DNA from: Harriotta raleighana
Taxonomy: Eukaryota
Assembly: GCA_050575255.1 (NCBI GenBank)
Contig: JBNZDD010013665.1
Location: 1,496,135 to 1,560,134, forward strand
Length of the DNA stretch: 64,000 nucleotides
Direction: 5' to 3'
Both the position numbers and the translations under genes were made by a program. Each line of letters opens with the position of its first letter. Positions within the stretch are counted from its first letter, which is position 1. Shown piece after piece: positions 33,303-61,216 of the stretch. The notes under the pieces were generated by a model. That model was not told where the DNA came from. It saw nothing but the letters and a program-made list of their open reading frames with translations, and did not search any database.

Positions 33303-35239
33303 NNNNNNNNNNNNNNNNNNNNNNNNNNNNNNNNNNNNNNNNNNNNNNNNNNNNNNNNNNNNNNNNNNNNNNNNNNNNNNNNNNNNNNNNNNNNNNNNNN
33401 NNNNNNNNNNNNNNNNNNNNNNNNNNNNNNNNNNNNNNNNNNNNNNNNNNNNNNNNNNNNNNNNNNNNNNNNNNNNNNNNNNNNNNNNNNNNNNNNNNNN
33501 NNNNNNNNNNNNNNNNNNNNNNNNNNNNNNNNNNNNNNNNNNNNNNNNNNNNNNNNNNNNNNNNNNNNNNNNNNNNNNNNNNNNNNNNNNNNNNNNNNNN
33601 NNNNNNNNNNNNNNNNNNNNNNNNNNNNNNNNNNNNNNNNNNNNNNNNNNNNNNNNNNNNNNNNNNNNNNNNNNNNNNNNNNNNNNNNNNNNNNNNNNNN
33701 NNNNNNNNNNNNNNNNNNNNNNNNNNNNNNNNNNNNNNNNNNNNNNNNNNNNNNNNNNNNNNNNNNNNNNNNNNNNNNNNNNNNNNNNNNNNNNNNNNNN
33801 NNNNNNNNNNNNNNNNNNNNNNNNNNNNNNNNNNNNNNNNNNNNNNNNNNNNNNNNNNNNNNNNNNNNNNNNNNNNNNNNNNNNNNNNNNNNNNNNNNNN
33901 NNNNNNNNNNNNNNNNNNNNNNNNNNNNNNNNNNNNNNNNNNNNNNNNNNNNNNNNNNNNNNNNNNNNNNNNNNNNNNNNNNNNNTCATAGATTCATAGA
34001 AGTTTACGGCACAAAAGGAGGCCATTCGGCCCATCTAGTCTGTGCCGGCTCTTTGAAAAGAGCGATTTAATCCCACTGCCCTGCTCGCTCCCCATAGCCT
34101 AATAGACCTGTTCTCCCTAAATAAAGATCTAATTCCCTTTTAAAAGTTATGTCCCACAAAGACAACAATAAAATGACATGTGTAATTACATGACGTCCCA
34201 AGGTGCTGGGCAGTCTGTTTCGGACCTGAGCTGGGGTCGGGATTGGAGAGGGTGGAGGGGATTTGTGGTGACTGATGGAACCGTCGAAGAGGTGGGTCCT
34301 GAGGCAGGACTTGAGGGAGGCCAAGGAGAGGGCGAGGCGGAGGGATTACAGGATGGAATTCCAAAGGTTGGGGGCAGAGTGGCTGAAGGCTCACCTACCG
34401 ATGGTGGGGCAAGGATATGGAGCAGGCTGCTGAGCAGAGGGACTGGACAGATTGGTAGGGGGTCAATAGGTCACAGAGTTAGGGTGGGGAAAAGCCATGG
34501 AGGGCTTTAAAGGTGAGGATCAAACAGCCAAAATATTGAGAATTGTTGCCCAGTAAACTGTGTTTAAAAACTCCCTTCTCTGTTCCGATTATGTCATAAA
34601 AGCTTTGAAGTAAAAACTGCTTCCAAATGTTTTCTTGAAAACACCTTCAACAATGCAGCACTCTCCCAGCCCTGGGCTGAAGTGTCAACACAGTCCATGA
34701 GTTCAACATCTGATATAAGCCTTGAACCCAACATATCAAAAGTAAAATGCTACCAACTGAGCTAAGCTATTTAATACCAGTGGTGTTTTGTTAAAAGAGG
34801 GGAAGCATTGTATTGTCAGTCATTGTCCTTCAAATGAGATGTTAATCCAAACACTCATCAGGTGGGAGTTAAAGACTCAACACCATGTTTGGAGAGGAAG
34901 AGGGATATAACTCAGCTCTTTAAAATATTGACATAGATTTCATAACTGAAGGAAAGTGTTTGATTTAGAATGAGAGAAAATGTTTGCTGCTGCCTTTTAA
35001 GGTCTCTAAATCCAGCCAACAATGGTTTCTCTGCATTTAGATTCCATGACAAGTCAGTGTGACATAATGGAGACCCAAGAACTTTGATCCAAGTTCCTCT
35101 TTACAAGGATCTTTTCAGATCCCAGTTGTAGTCTGTGTGAATAAAATATGGAGCCCTCATCAACATCCAACATCCACAAAACAGAGCCAATAAGCATTGA
35201 TCCTGTAGAGACGAATTAATAGAAATTATCCTGGCAGTG

Positions 35240-35600
35240 GAGTCCTGTAGCTCAGTGGTTAGAGCACTCGTCTCACAAGTGAGAAAACCTGGGTTTGATT
35301 CCCAGCAGGGTGAAACGTTGGGCAAGTTTCCTTATTCCACACACCTTTGTTTACCTAGCAGTAAGTAGGAGCCTGATTGTTAGTCATTTGGTGGATCACT
35401 TTTCTGGGGGCAATAATGCCTTAAAAAAAATTAGTCACTTTAATCCAAACTATTTGTGTGACACTCCTGTGCACATTTGGCTGCTGTTTTTCTCCCACAA
35501 AATGTAGTCAATTCACTTTACGGTATACTTAAAAGTGTGTTCTGTGAAGTGCTTTGAGACATCTTGAAGACTTGATAAGGCACTATATGACATGCAAAGA
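35240..35600 (+). mobile_element. tRNA-derived SINE
   Basis: GGAGTCCTGTAGCTCAGTGGTTAGAGCACTCG head and family body. Confidence 0.8.
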
Positions 35601-37026
35601 TTAACATACACTAAAAATACAAGATTTTCTGCACTGTGTACTGCCGCCAGGCTGATACAGAGTCTGTCTTTCTGTTCCAACAGGGAAGGGGTAGAATGAT
35701 CAAACAGGCCAGCATGGCTTGTGAGTCAGTACAGAGTTGCTTCCAGCACTAGGATTAGTTGTTAAACATGCTCTACTCATATCATTCTTATTTGAATCTC
35801 ATTGAACACTAAAATAGTGCTTGAATTTGATCTTGCAAGTCATGAGTGCACATTGTTTTTAAATCCTAATCTTGTCTCATCAAACATTGAAACACTAACA
35901 TTATGAAATCATGCTGCATAGTGAGCGATTGGAACCAAAAAACAAGGCATCTCCACACCAGAGGGCACTCTCACTCTGTGTTCCCCATTACTATCACAGC
36001 TGTAAATCACATTTGGTGCAATCTGCAGCTTCAACAGACTAAACTCATTGGTGTAAAGTGGTGACTCATTGCAATCCTAGTGTAAACCATGTGGCCAGTC
36101 GCATAACCTGCTTGTCCAGATTTACTCAAGACTGTAGTACAAATGGATAAGAGATGTAATCTCGGCTGAGTTTATAGTGGAATATGCTGGGCCAAATGGC
36201 CTAGTACTGCTGGCAATGCTCACAATAAGCTAGGAGAAAAATCTGTTTTCTGCAGATAGGGGGTGTGCTCTGAAGTGCTGTAGAGCTCCAGGTGTTAGTG
36301 TAGTGTGTCCTGGTCCCTGATACAATTTCCCTCCTTCCCTATGGTGGTAGCTGCAGAATTCTGCTGGGCGACGCCCTTCACTTTATACTGTGAGCAAGCA
36401 CCACTGGCCATCAATATCTCAGTGTAATCAGTACCAATATTAGCATATTGCCTTGCTCTCATTTTAATTTCCCTTTCTATTGCTGATACCCTGATCAGCA
36501 ACACCCTGTTACAAGCAATCACAATTGGAGGTTGAACAGCTCCTGTTCGAATGGTAACTCAGACATTAAGTGTGCCCCAGCTTTTGGATAAATATGTACA
36601 TGCATCCACCCATACACGAACAATGTCTGTGGCAGTCCCAGTTATTACCGTGAGATTGTATGTCAGATATCCATCAATAAGAGTCAGACGGATGTGAAGA
36701 CTCTCCCCAACAGCAGTGACAGAAGCGTCAAAGGAACTTTTTATTACCATTATTTATTTACTCCCATCTCTCCAAATACATAAATCATTCTGCAGTAAGT
36801 TAGTGCGAGCCACCCAAGTCTCGAACCCAACCACCAACCTGCCCCATGGGCAGCACCGGCGCCTTCGGACGTCCTCCTGCCGTGAAAGGTGCTCCATAAA
36901 AGTAATTTTGTTGTTGTTATAGAACTTAACCCACACACAGCCAAGAGCACTGAGTCTGTTCCACATATTGTCCTGGATGTGGAATGGAACATATTGAGCA
37001 AATGAATGTCTGAAACACTCTGAGGC

Positions 37027-40000
37027 TCATGTCCACGGGAGGAAGTTACAATGCAGTAACAGACCAAGGAGCCAGTACAACAGGAAGTAAGCCAGAAGCC
37101 AGCGAGTGGTTGGGCTTCGCTTTCTCCAGTCCAGAAGCAGTTCCGTCAGGAGATTTTTGGGGAACACGGGGTGAGTGGGGGCAGCAACACTGCTCCGCGA
37201 GGCATGTTCAGCCTCCGCTTTCTGAATCAGGTGAGCACAGAACCAATACAGGACAGGAGATGATGAGGCCAGGAATCTAGTCAAAACCTGCATAAAGGAA
37301 GATGGAGGTTAATGCACCCTCTAAAGGAAATCAAACCACATGCAGGAAGCTCCACCTCCTCAGCTTAGTCTTCACCCAGTATTAGCAGCACTGCATGAGG
37401 TATACTTCCTCTCATCTTGAAAAGCATTGACTTTTTACTGGCAAATAGAAGCAGCTGCCTCTGGTACGTTGCCAAAGTACTGACAGTGAATTGTCACAAT
37501 GAAGGTTATTGGTTTATTAGATTTGAGGGAACATGACCCAGATATCCACAACCATCTTTCGGCAATGGTCTTGGGATAGATATCAAGAGCGAGCACCCTG
37601 GCTGATTTTCCCATTCTGATACTGTAACTCTGAAGCCAAATGTTAGCCAACTGTTGTGTCAGCTGCAATTGGAGTCAATTGTTGGACAGTCAGTCGCTGG
37701 CATGTCACAATCCTCAGTCAGATTTCTGGTGCCTTGGTCTTACCTGAATGTGCATGAAGCACACGGCAAACGCAAGCAGCCCTGTCATGTGCACGAGATA
37801 GACGAACACCCCCGGGCTGTGAAACCCGTTTGCTGGCTTCTTCTCTCCCACCTCCATTCTCCTCTTGCTGACCAGTCCCAGCCGCACACAATACCAGAGA
37901 TCAGCAGCCACATATTGCCAGGCAGCCCACCCACCCAGGAGGGCAGCTGGGAGTGCCAGCAGGAAGTTGGGCAGCTGTCGCAGTTGGTAATACTTCAGGA
38001 AGCCCAGATTCCAGTACACTTTCTGGATGTAGGAGTAGATCAGGGGGAAGTGGTAAGAGCACCAAGTCGGCAGTGCCATGTCCGTATTACGGACCCTGTA
38101 GCCCTTCTCCCTGGCAAGCTGTAAGAGAGTCTGAGGGATGTCCTGCCCTAGGGTCACAGCTGGTGTGCAGAAGGTCAGGTAGCCATAATACTGGAAGAGT
38201 GCAAAGGGCAACATGATTGCGATCGTGCCCCCGGCCACTATCAGCACTGACTGAGCAACTACATGGAACCAACACCATGTCTGAGGTCCATTCACTGCCG
38301 ACTTCATCACCATCCTCATGTGCCTCCCACTGCGCTTCAGCTCCAAGTAAATGAGGAATCCAACGTTCACCGTCCCATTGGAGCGTGTGGCTGTGGCCAA
38401 GGCAAAAAAAACACAGCCCAGCACTGACCGTCCCATCTCCAGCTGCCACATCCCCACCAGTGCCAGCAGCACAAACATACTTTCCGAGTAAGCAGCTGAC
38501 ATGAAGACACCAACCGGAGTCAGGCAAAAGAGCAAGCTGGCAAGGGTGGCCATGCTGTTGTCCTTCAGCACTGCACAACTCAGCTTGTACAGGACTCCGG
38601 CTGCCAGCGTAAATAGAGCCATGTTTAACAGCACACCTGAGAGCAGCAGGCGGCTGTAGAGGCTGAGACATCCTGCGCACGGTAAGGCAAGAGTTTCCGC
38701 CACTATCCGCATACACCCTGGAAACAAGGGCAGGAAGGCAAAGTTGTGCTCATAGACATAGCCAAACTCCGCAATGAACAGAAAGTGCTGTGCATCCCAG
38801 CGGGAAAACCCACTGAGCAGGGTTTGCACTATCACATCTCCCAACGTGAAATTGTGGAGCTGGGGTGGACTGAAGGCATCGGCATTGTGATCAGGAATGA
38901 GGGAATTAAACAGAACCTAGAACAGAAAAATGAATACATTAACATCGCTATCATTACCTAATACATCCGCCCCCCACCGCCCCAGCAAAGTGGAGCGGCG
39001 ACGGGCATCTGAAATATCGGCCCATGAGGCACAGGATATTTCCAAATCATCCTGAGAATATCACAGGTTACTGCCGGGAAATTCAACCCAAGGTGTATCC
39101 TTGACAGCAAGGGCACAGCATTCCTGATGGGGCAGCGCTCTTTAATACAAATAATTAATCAATTAAAATTTTAATTGCCAGGAAATTAAACTGAAGCAGC
39201 AGCTGCTAATCCCGGGAGCAGTCAGAACAACTCCCAGTCACCTCGCCGGCAGTGATCTCATCCAGTCATAGATGCACACATACAGAGAAGTGGCAGATAT
39301 CAGAAACCTCCTCTGCAGCTCACTCAGCACAAAGCTGCTACACACAGAATCACTTCCCCTCTATAATCTTTTGCTTCCTCCGCTAACACTCACCACACTT
39401 TACAATACAGATTTTTTTTAATTTTTTTTTTAAATGTTCTCTATCAAGCAAATTCTGACTCCCCTCTACTAGGGACAATTAATTCCACGGATACCCTCAG
39501 TTGCCTTCCCAGATGAACATTCTTCACATACGAGTTCAGTCAGACAGTCAGCAAGTCAGCCAGCAGATTACAAACCACAGAGAACTCAGTCCTGATGCTG
39601 ATTTCCCCCAACACACACATATTTTCCAATAGAGAATCATAGAGATTAGGAACACAGAACCATAGCTAGTTTTCACTCTTCAGGCCCATGGTCCTGTGGC
39701 CAAATGCAGTATCAATTATGATCAACCAACCAGCCCAGGTTGGAACGTGTACTTAAGTTCAGCTGTGTAACATAGTGCTATGACAAATATACTGTCAGTT
39801 TTCCTGCTCTCCTTCCCCTACCCAACCCCTCCCCGTGCAATCTTTCTCCCCTAACACCATTTCCATGACTGTTTGTGGGACACTGCTGTGCGCAATTTGG
39901 CTGCCCCGTTTCGCCCACAAATATTCAGTCAATTTTCCTACGCTCCTTCCCCCTATTCCCCCCACCCCTGCTCTGATCCCTACTTGACTGTTCAGCACCT

Positions 40001-40499
40001 TGGGACGTCCTCCCGACGTGAAAGGTTCTATATAAATGTAATTATTGATATTGATTGATACTGATGACACACAATGTTATTAACCACACAGTTCCCAGGA
40101 AAACAATTCAACCAATATTTACACTTCTAGCTCTGGACAAAACCATTATTGAGTTGTGCAAGATGGGGAAGTAGGAGCACACAAAGACAATGAATGGTGC
40201 AAGCAGACTGGGCTGTGCCTTAATGTGGGGAAGAAGTGTAGTGTGCAGAAAGAGATGTTTATGTATGTTAAGAATCACATCTCAAGACTCCAAATGGCAG
40301 GATTATAAGTAGTGTATCACTGATTTGACCTAAGGGCCAGGTATTAGAAACATACTAGCTATGATCCAGTCCACAAGTAGATTAAACATTGAAGCATTTG
40401 CAGCATTGATTCACACTTGGAACTGACCTGCAAGAGGACAGTGAGGATTCTGGAGTATAAAGCAAACAGCATCACACTCCAAATGCCGTAAACTTCCAT
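37027..40499 (-). CDS. PIGV: GPI mannosyltransferase 2 (PIG-V); exons 40499-40428, 38916-37744, 37287-37027
   Basis: FNSLIPDHNADAF, LSGFSRWDAQHFLFIAEFGYVYEHNFAFLPLFP, AYSES, RSNG, YSYIQKVYWNLGFLKYY, QLPNFLLA, MHIQ|VLTRFL, NFLPWT*. Confidence 0.96.
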
Positions 40500-40689
40500 C
40501 CGGCAGAGTGACTGGATAAGGCACTCCGCCTCTTTATGATGTTGGGACACCTGAAGGGAGACAGATTGCAGAGGACTTAGTTACTGTACAGCACAAAACA
40601 CTTGGCTCAACCCACAGGGGGTGCAAAGTGTAGACACTGAGGCATTACATGCAGTCATTTATTTGCTTTATTTACTGCCCATCAGCCTG

Positions 40690-41027
40690 CCCGCACTCTC
40701 CGTTCAACAGACTCAGGCCTGCTCTACGTCCACCACCCAACCATCAGTGGCCAGGCTTTCAGCCTCTCTGCCCCCACACTGTGGAACTCCATCCCGCAGT
40801 CCCTTCATCTTGCTTCCTCCCTTTTCTCCTTCAAGGCCGGTCTCAAAACCTTCCTCTTTGACTGCACCTTCAGGTCCCCCCCAACTCTTCCCTCTCTCCT
40901 TCCCCCTGCCCATACCCCTGACCCCCCCCCCCACTGCTCGGGTCCGACTAGATTGTTCAGCACTTTGAGACGTCCTCCCGATGTGAAAGGCGCTATACAA
41001 ATGTAATTTTGTTGTTGTTGTTGTTGT
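40690..41027 (+). mobile_element. L2-derived 3' end repeat
   Basis: Ends in GAAAGGCGCTATACAAATGTAATTTTGTTGTTGTTG. Confidence 0.7.
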
Positions 41028-41759
41028 ACCTACGGCTGGGGTCCAATCAGAGTTCCTGCCTCCAGCAGACGCATATAGTGCATCTCAGCACATGCATCAT
41101 CGCAGACCATTTAAATTGAGCTAATCTGCAGATTCAGTGCTTCATTCCCAGCCCAAGTCAGATTCGCTCAGATAGATACACCCCCAGCCCGAATCCAGGC
41201 ATCAGTCCAATCAGACTGGTTGAGACCAAGATCCAAATCAACTAAAAACTCTTGACAAGATTTCTTAAATAGTGACTTGTCAAGAGACGATGCACCCAAT
41301 GGGTGTACAGCGCAGTCTCTGTGCTGGGAATCTGGCACTGCTCTACCAGCTCAGCCTTCAATTGGTGTGGGAGAATGGCTGATTGATTGGACTGTATTTG
41401 CTGTTTGTTCATTGGGATTTTGGAATATTCACAGAAGCCGAGAATGTGTCAGGGCTCAAAAGGTTATCCGTCAAAAGGCCCTGCTCTGGTCACCGGGCCT
41501 TCGGTCACCCTCCTACCCTCCCCGCCCTCCTGATCTCAACCAGCAGCTCGGGTGGGGTTCATTGACTGTCCAACGCCTCGGGACGTCCTTCCATCTGACT
41601 TGAAAGGCGCTGCGCAAATGCAATCTGTTGTTGTTGTTTACAACCTCACGTCAAGATTTACATTACCATCAGAGACTATTAGTGGGGGGGGGGTGGGAGG
41701 GTAGTGAGGGGGGAGCGGGAATTAATCTGGGTTTATTAATCTGCTCTGGATGTGCCTGA

Positions 41760-42130
41760 GCCTGATATGAAGCTCAAAATGGCGGCGGTGACGGCGCTGA
41801 CTGACTGACTGCGCGCGCAGCGGCTGGCTGACCTGGCGCGCTGGGGCCCTCCAACTGCCACTTCCGTTTTTAAAAAAAACCGCGGCACCCGCCTCCGCGT
41901 CGCTATGGAAACACGTCCTGTTCCCGCGTCTCCTCCCTCCCGCCCCCTCCCCCACTCTCTCCCTCCCGCCCGCCCGCCCGCCCAGCCCTCAGCAATGGAG
42001 GCCGTGCGCGTCCCCTACCAATCGCTTCTGCGACACTTGACTTGACGTGAGCTGCTCGACAAACAAATGCGGGGACTCGCAGGATGTAAAGGCCACAGCC
42101 GAGAGAGGGAGGCGGGGCGGGAGAGAAAGA
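41760..42130 (-). promoter_or_regulatory. CpG-rich promoter and probable non-coding first exon of PIGV
   Basis: CpG island with a YY1-like AAAATGGCGG (41776), ETS CACTTCCG (41859), CCAAT (42018), CRE-like TGACGT (42043) and GC boxes; candidate donor CAG|GTCAG near 41832 on the minus strand. Confidence 0.65.
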
Positions 42131-45100
42131 GGGAGGAGGTGACAAGGGGGTGGGGGGAGGAAATGAAGGGGGTGGGGTGTGAGGAGATGAAGGGGGGCGG
42201 AGGTGAAGGGAGGTGGGGGGGAATGGATGACGGGGTGGGGAAAAGGAGGATATGATGATGGAGGGAGATGTGGGTGGGGGGAGAGGAGATGACTGGGGGA
42301 GGGTGGGAGGAGAGGTGACTTTCCCGCTCTAAAACAGCAGATTGTGTTATATTTTTCTGAGCTGATTCCCTTCGGGATTAGCCTCGGGAATGTCAGGGTC
42401 TCGCAAAGGAAACGCTTTTTTTTAAATAAAAAAAGAGAATATGTAAATCACAGGATAGGGCGCCGAGGTCACACGTGGATACGAAAAAAAACATTATAAA
42501 CAGCCAAACCTTACCTGTTAGCAGGTCCCCCGGCCTCACTGACACACACGCTTCCTGGTTTGGGATATTCCATATTATTTAGGGAACAGATTCCTGTCTC
42601 TCAGTTCCTGCTGCCTGTTATTCCATCTCCCTCCAGTCGCCCATACTCCCAAGACAACCCGCCCGCCCCTACACCCGCCTGTAAAGACATTTAACACCCC
42701 TCCCCCCCCCCCAATGCTGCTGGCAGACAGAACGTGGCATCTTATCGCAGCTTTCGGATGATATAAGGTAAACTGGAGGTCATGGCGTTTCTTTAAATGT
42801 TCCCGGAGATATTCTGCATTTGGGCATCTCGCCTCAACAAGCAAACGGAAGAACCCGTCCGTACATTGCTCAATTTGGATGGATACGGAAAAGGTGCCTA
42901 CCACAGCAAAGCATTACCAGTATTTTCCACTCCAGTCTTGTGCTGTGGTAGCCTTTGGGTCAGAAGGTTGTGCTTTCAAACTCAATGTCAACTTAGGCAC
43001 TTATCTGCCCAGTACTGTTCTGGGTGAGCACTGTGTGGTCGTGCGGTTGAAACATTGAAGTTCCATCTGTCCAAATGACCTGAAAGATCTAGCCCTGTCC
43101 AGTCAACAATTCTCATCAGAAATTGGTTATTCATCTAACAACTTGCATTTATACAGCACACAGGGTAGCTTGTCAGAGCGTGGAACGAAGCCTGACACGA
43201 AGCGGCGGGGGAAACTGTAGGCACAGTTGGAGAGCAAGGCCTTAAATAAATGCGGAAAGAGAAGGCGAGGTTGAGGGAGAGTTCCAGGTGTATTGGCTGA
43301 AAGCACGGCCAGCGCTGTTGGAACAAAGACAATTTCGTGGGACTTTTCTGGGCCAGATTTCCCTTCTGTCATTTCACTTAACAGCAAATACTGCTCCAGC
43401 CTTGTTCAAATAAGCTGAGAATGGTCCTGGCTTTTAACCATTAGGTCAGTATTGCTGCCACTCAGCTGGGAAAGCAAATTTAGCCAAGACTGTGGCTGAA
43501 TGTAGGTACACTTATTGGAGTAATACATCCACTTGAGGAGCTGAAGCCTAAATATCTGGTTACTCAGCTAAGAAAAAACACAATGGTAGCAGCAGAATAG
43601 CACTTAGTACCCAAAGAGAGAGTAAATACACTGATGGGACTTGAAAGCAGTTTGCCATTCAGTGGTTAGTCTGCCTCATACAAACACAGCAGTGTTGCGA
43701 CAGACAACAGGTGGGAAAGCAGAGGCAATCAGCAGTGCTCAGTTCTCTCTTTCTGCCCCCTTCCATGAGGCAAAAAAGCTTATATTTTGTTAGCATTTTA
43801 TTGCATTGAAACACCTTGAAAGCACTTCATTCAGTTCAATACAGTCAAGTTAAGTGGTTTTTCTGTTAAGTGTTGCTGCCGTTTTTATAGCAAAGTTCTA
43901 CAAACAGCTATGGGGTGATTAAATTTTTGGAATATTGTTGGCTAGCTCACCAAGAGAAATTGCGCTTTCTTTTCCAATAAATCTATGTCCACCTGAATAA
44001 GCCACTTCAGTTTACATCTCATCTGAAGATCAAAATCTGCCAAAGTGGCCTTCCCCAGAACTGCAATAGTGTCAGCCTAGACTTTCCACTCCGGTCTAGA
44101 TGTGGGGCTTGAATTCAAAACCTAGTGGGAGAGTACTACTAACTGAGCCAGTGGCTCCTTGCCTTGATACCAAGCATAAGCAAGCTTGAATAGTTAGTTG
44201 GAGCTCAGTCAAACGCAATCCCACTAACCTGATATGGCAGATTCAGCAGTGATCCAAAGTAGGAAGCCGAGTAGATTTCTCCAGCCAGAGAACACCAAGG
44301 CTTCAGTATTATCCACATGCTGCTGCATCTTATGTAACACCATAGGAAAGGGATATTTGGTCCAACTCATCCGTACTAGTGTTTAACTTCCACATGTGTA
44401 CCCACCGCTTCTAATCTCAAAGTGGACCGCTGGAGCAAACCCAAGCTCTTCAGTTTAATGTGACTAAGCACCTAAACATGTACTTACCCACCAAACCATC
44501 AAGGTGCATTTGTTTCCAGAAGAATAAACCTCTACAACAATATTACTTTCAAAGAGTGCACAGATCTTTCACAAATTATTTCAAAAGGCATTGTGTCTCC
44601 ACAAGCATAAACCCACTTAGAATTCAAGAAATTAACTGTCTTACATAACTAACTTAATATTTAATAAATTACCTTCTGGTGAAAGCTGCATGCAAGTTGT
44701 AATAGTAATCATTTTATTCTCTGGAAATCTCTATTTTCAGAAGCAAACCCTGCAAGAAGCAAGTTTTTTAAAAAGTTTTCTTTTGAGATTAAATTCCCTC
44801 AAAATATAAAATTAACAGAAGTCTTAAACTGAGTGATTTCATTGTAGAAACCATCAGTTATTTGATTTCACAAAAAATGATAACTGCTTGTGAGTCAGTA
44901 AGCTTCAGTTTGAGACATTTTCATCATAACAGAACCTCAGAACTGCCTCTCCAGTTGGTGAATCGTTATCAGGGTTTACACACCACAGCTTTCCAAAAGA
45001 AATCGGTTAAAGCCAAAGCCACAAGTACTCAGAGCAGTTTAGTGTCTAAACCAAGGAGGAGTTGCATGCCAGAAACAAACTGTAAAACAGCTTACTGAAG

Positions 45101-46996
45101 TCACGGAGACCAAGTGCAAGAATGCCCAAGTAATGTACTCAGTGAGGTGCAGAAACAGGTCTCTGAACCAGAGTGCGAGGATATGATTACATTACAGAAT
45201 CCAATCAGTGATTGATTCATTGATCATCTGCTTCCACATCCTTGGTATACGAAATTCTTCTTAAATATTTTTTACACTCAGCCACCCTTGGCAGAGACAC
45301 ACGAATGGTGGAAAGATGCCAACAGTGACTAGCAAAGTTGGTATAACACAAAATACAAGAGTACCGATTTGGTTTAAATGGTAAAATCCAATTTATAAAT
45401 TCTAAAGTAAACTTTCTTCTTGCCAATTTTCACCAAGTGTAAAATTTTAATTCTGTTAATTTGTAAGTAAATCTACTGTTGAACAAGAAAATATTGATCG
45501 CAAGTTTCATTCCATGTTGATCAGTTCTTCAGCTTTACAGATAGGGAGATGCAAACCCCCGGAATAAAAACTCACCGGATTATTAACAGAAACTTGGCTC
45601 TGTCCTATGGTAGAGATCATCTGCCAAACGTTTGCCGATACATTTTGAAGTTAACATTTATCAGCATTATCTGGATTTCTTAACCTCAATCATTTTCTCC
45701 CCTTTTTTAAAATCTGGTGCTCGAATAGAGCTGTTCAGGTAGAAGATATAATTCTGATCCCAGTTTTCATTTTCTGCCATTCTGTACATGAATTGACATG
45801 ATAGGAGGCTTACCAACAAGATACCTATCGCCATAGTCCCTTCAAAACAGGTGAGAAATGAATGAAAGCNNNNNNNNNNNNNNNNNNNNNNNNNNNNNNN
45901 NNNNNNNNNNNNNNNNNNNNNNNNNNNNNNNNNNNNNNNNNNNNNNNNNNNNNNNNNNNNNNNNNNNNNNNNNNNNNNNNNNNNNNNNNNNNNNNNNNNN
46001 NNNNNNNNNNNNNNNNNNNNAATATGCAGATTTTATAGCATTGAAAAATCTCAAATTGTGTTTCTTCATCATTTTCGTGAGCTTCAACTGAATCTAAACT
46101 TTTTTTTCCACACCTTGATTATAAAGGAAAACGTGATCACGTGCTCTCCTCGAAACAGAGCACAACTTTATACATACAGAAACTTGTACATCACCCTCAG
46201 AGGAGATATGGCCGATGGAAATAAAAGCTATAGTCACTTCTCGCTTGACCATGTCATGAAAATTGTAAACCTCATTCTACAGGAGAAGAAAAAAAACCAC
46301 CAAATCAGAGGGTATGTGTAATGTACAACTTCTATATACATCACAGCTCTCAGGCTGCAGCGGAAGGTTCAAACCAGTTAGGAGGTGAATCAGGGAAGTT
46401 CATACAGTCAAGGGGAAGAGGTCAGGGTGTTGTAGATACACATGATACTTGGGGGAGGGAAAGCTTTTCACGTTTACTGTAAACTAAAAAGTTTAAAACT
46501 ACAGTTTGCTGCCAAACCAGTGTTTCTCAATGTGAAACATCATCATGTTTACAGCTGATTGAGGGTTACATACATCTAGGATCTACTGCACAGGCCTTCT
46601 CCTGAATGGCGTAGCAGAGCTTCCCACGAGGCACCTTCCAGTGCTCCTTACGTCTCTCAAGAGTACAGCACGGAACCACGGGAGTTCCAAGTCACTTCGC
46701 TTCCAAAATTACCATAAAAACCTCAAAGTGGTGCGCTTCAGGGGACCGTCTGCCTCCCAAACTCACCGTAAACGAGACAGCAACTTTGGTTAAAACATTT
46801 CAGACTTACACAGGCAGCAAACATTAATTTTTTTTCCTCGGTACTTGATCAAAATGACTACAATATCCTTCCATTGTTAAGAGTTGGGTGGGGACAGATT
46901 TTGGGAAGAGAGGTGGTTTTTGCATAAATAAGGACAGAAACAGTCGATTCAAAGATCTCCACTCACGCACACACACGGTCAGGTCCCCAACAGCTG

Positions 46997-61216
<14,220 letters not shown>

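Noticed and set aside
33055-34034. Long ORFs spanning N runs (also 45842-46091 and 62528-63642)
   Set aside because: Artefacts of assembly gaps.
42575-43027. ORFs between the PIGV promoter and the ARID1A 3' end
   Set aside because: No recognisable motifs or exon chain.
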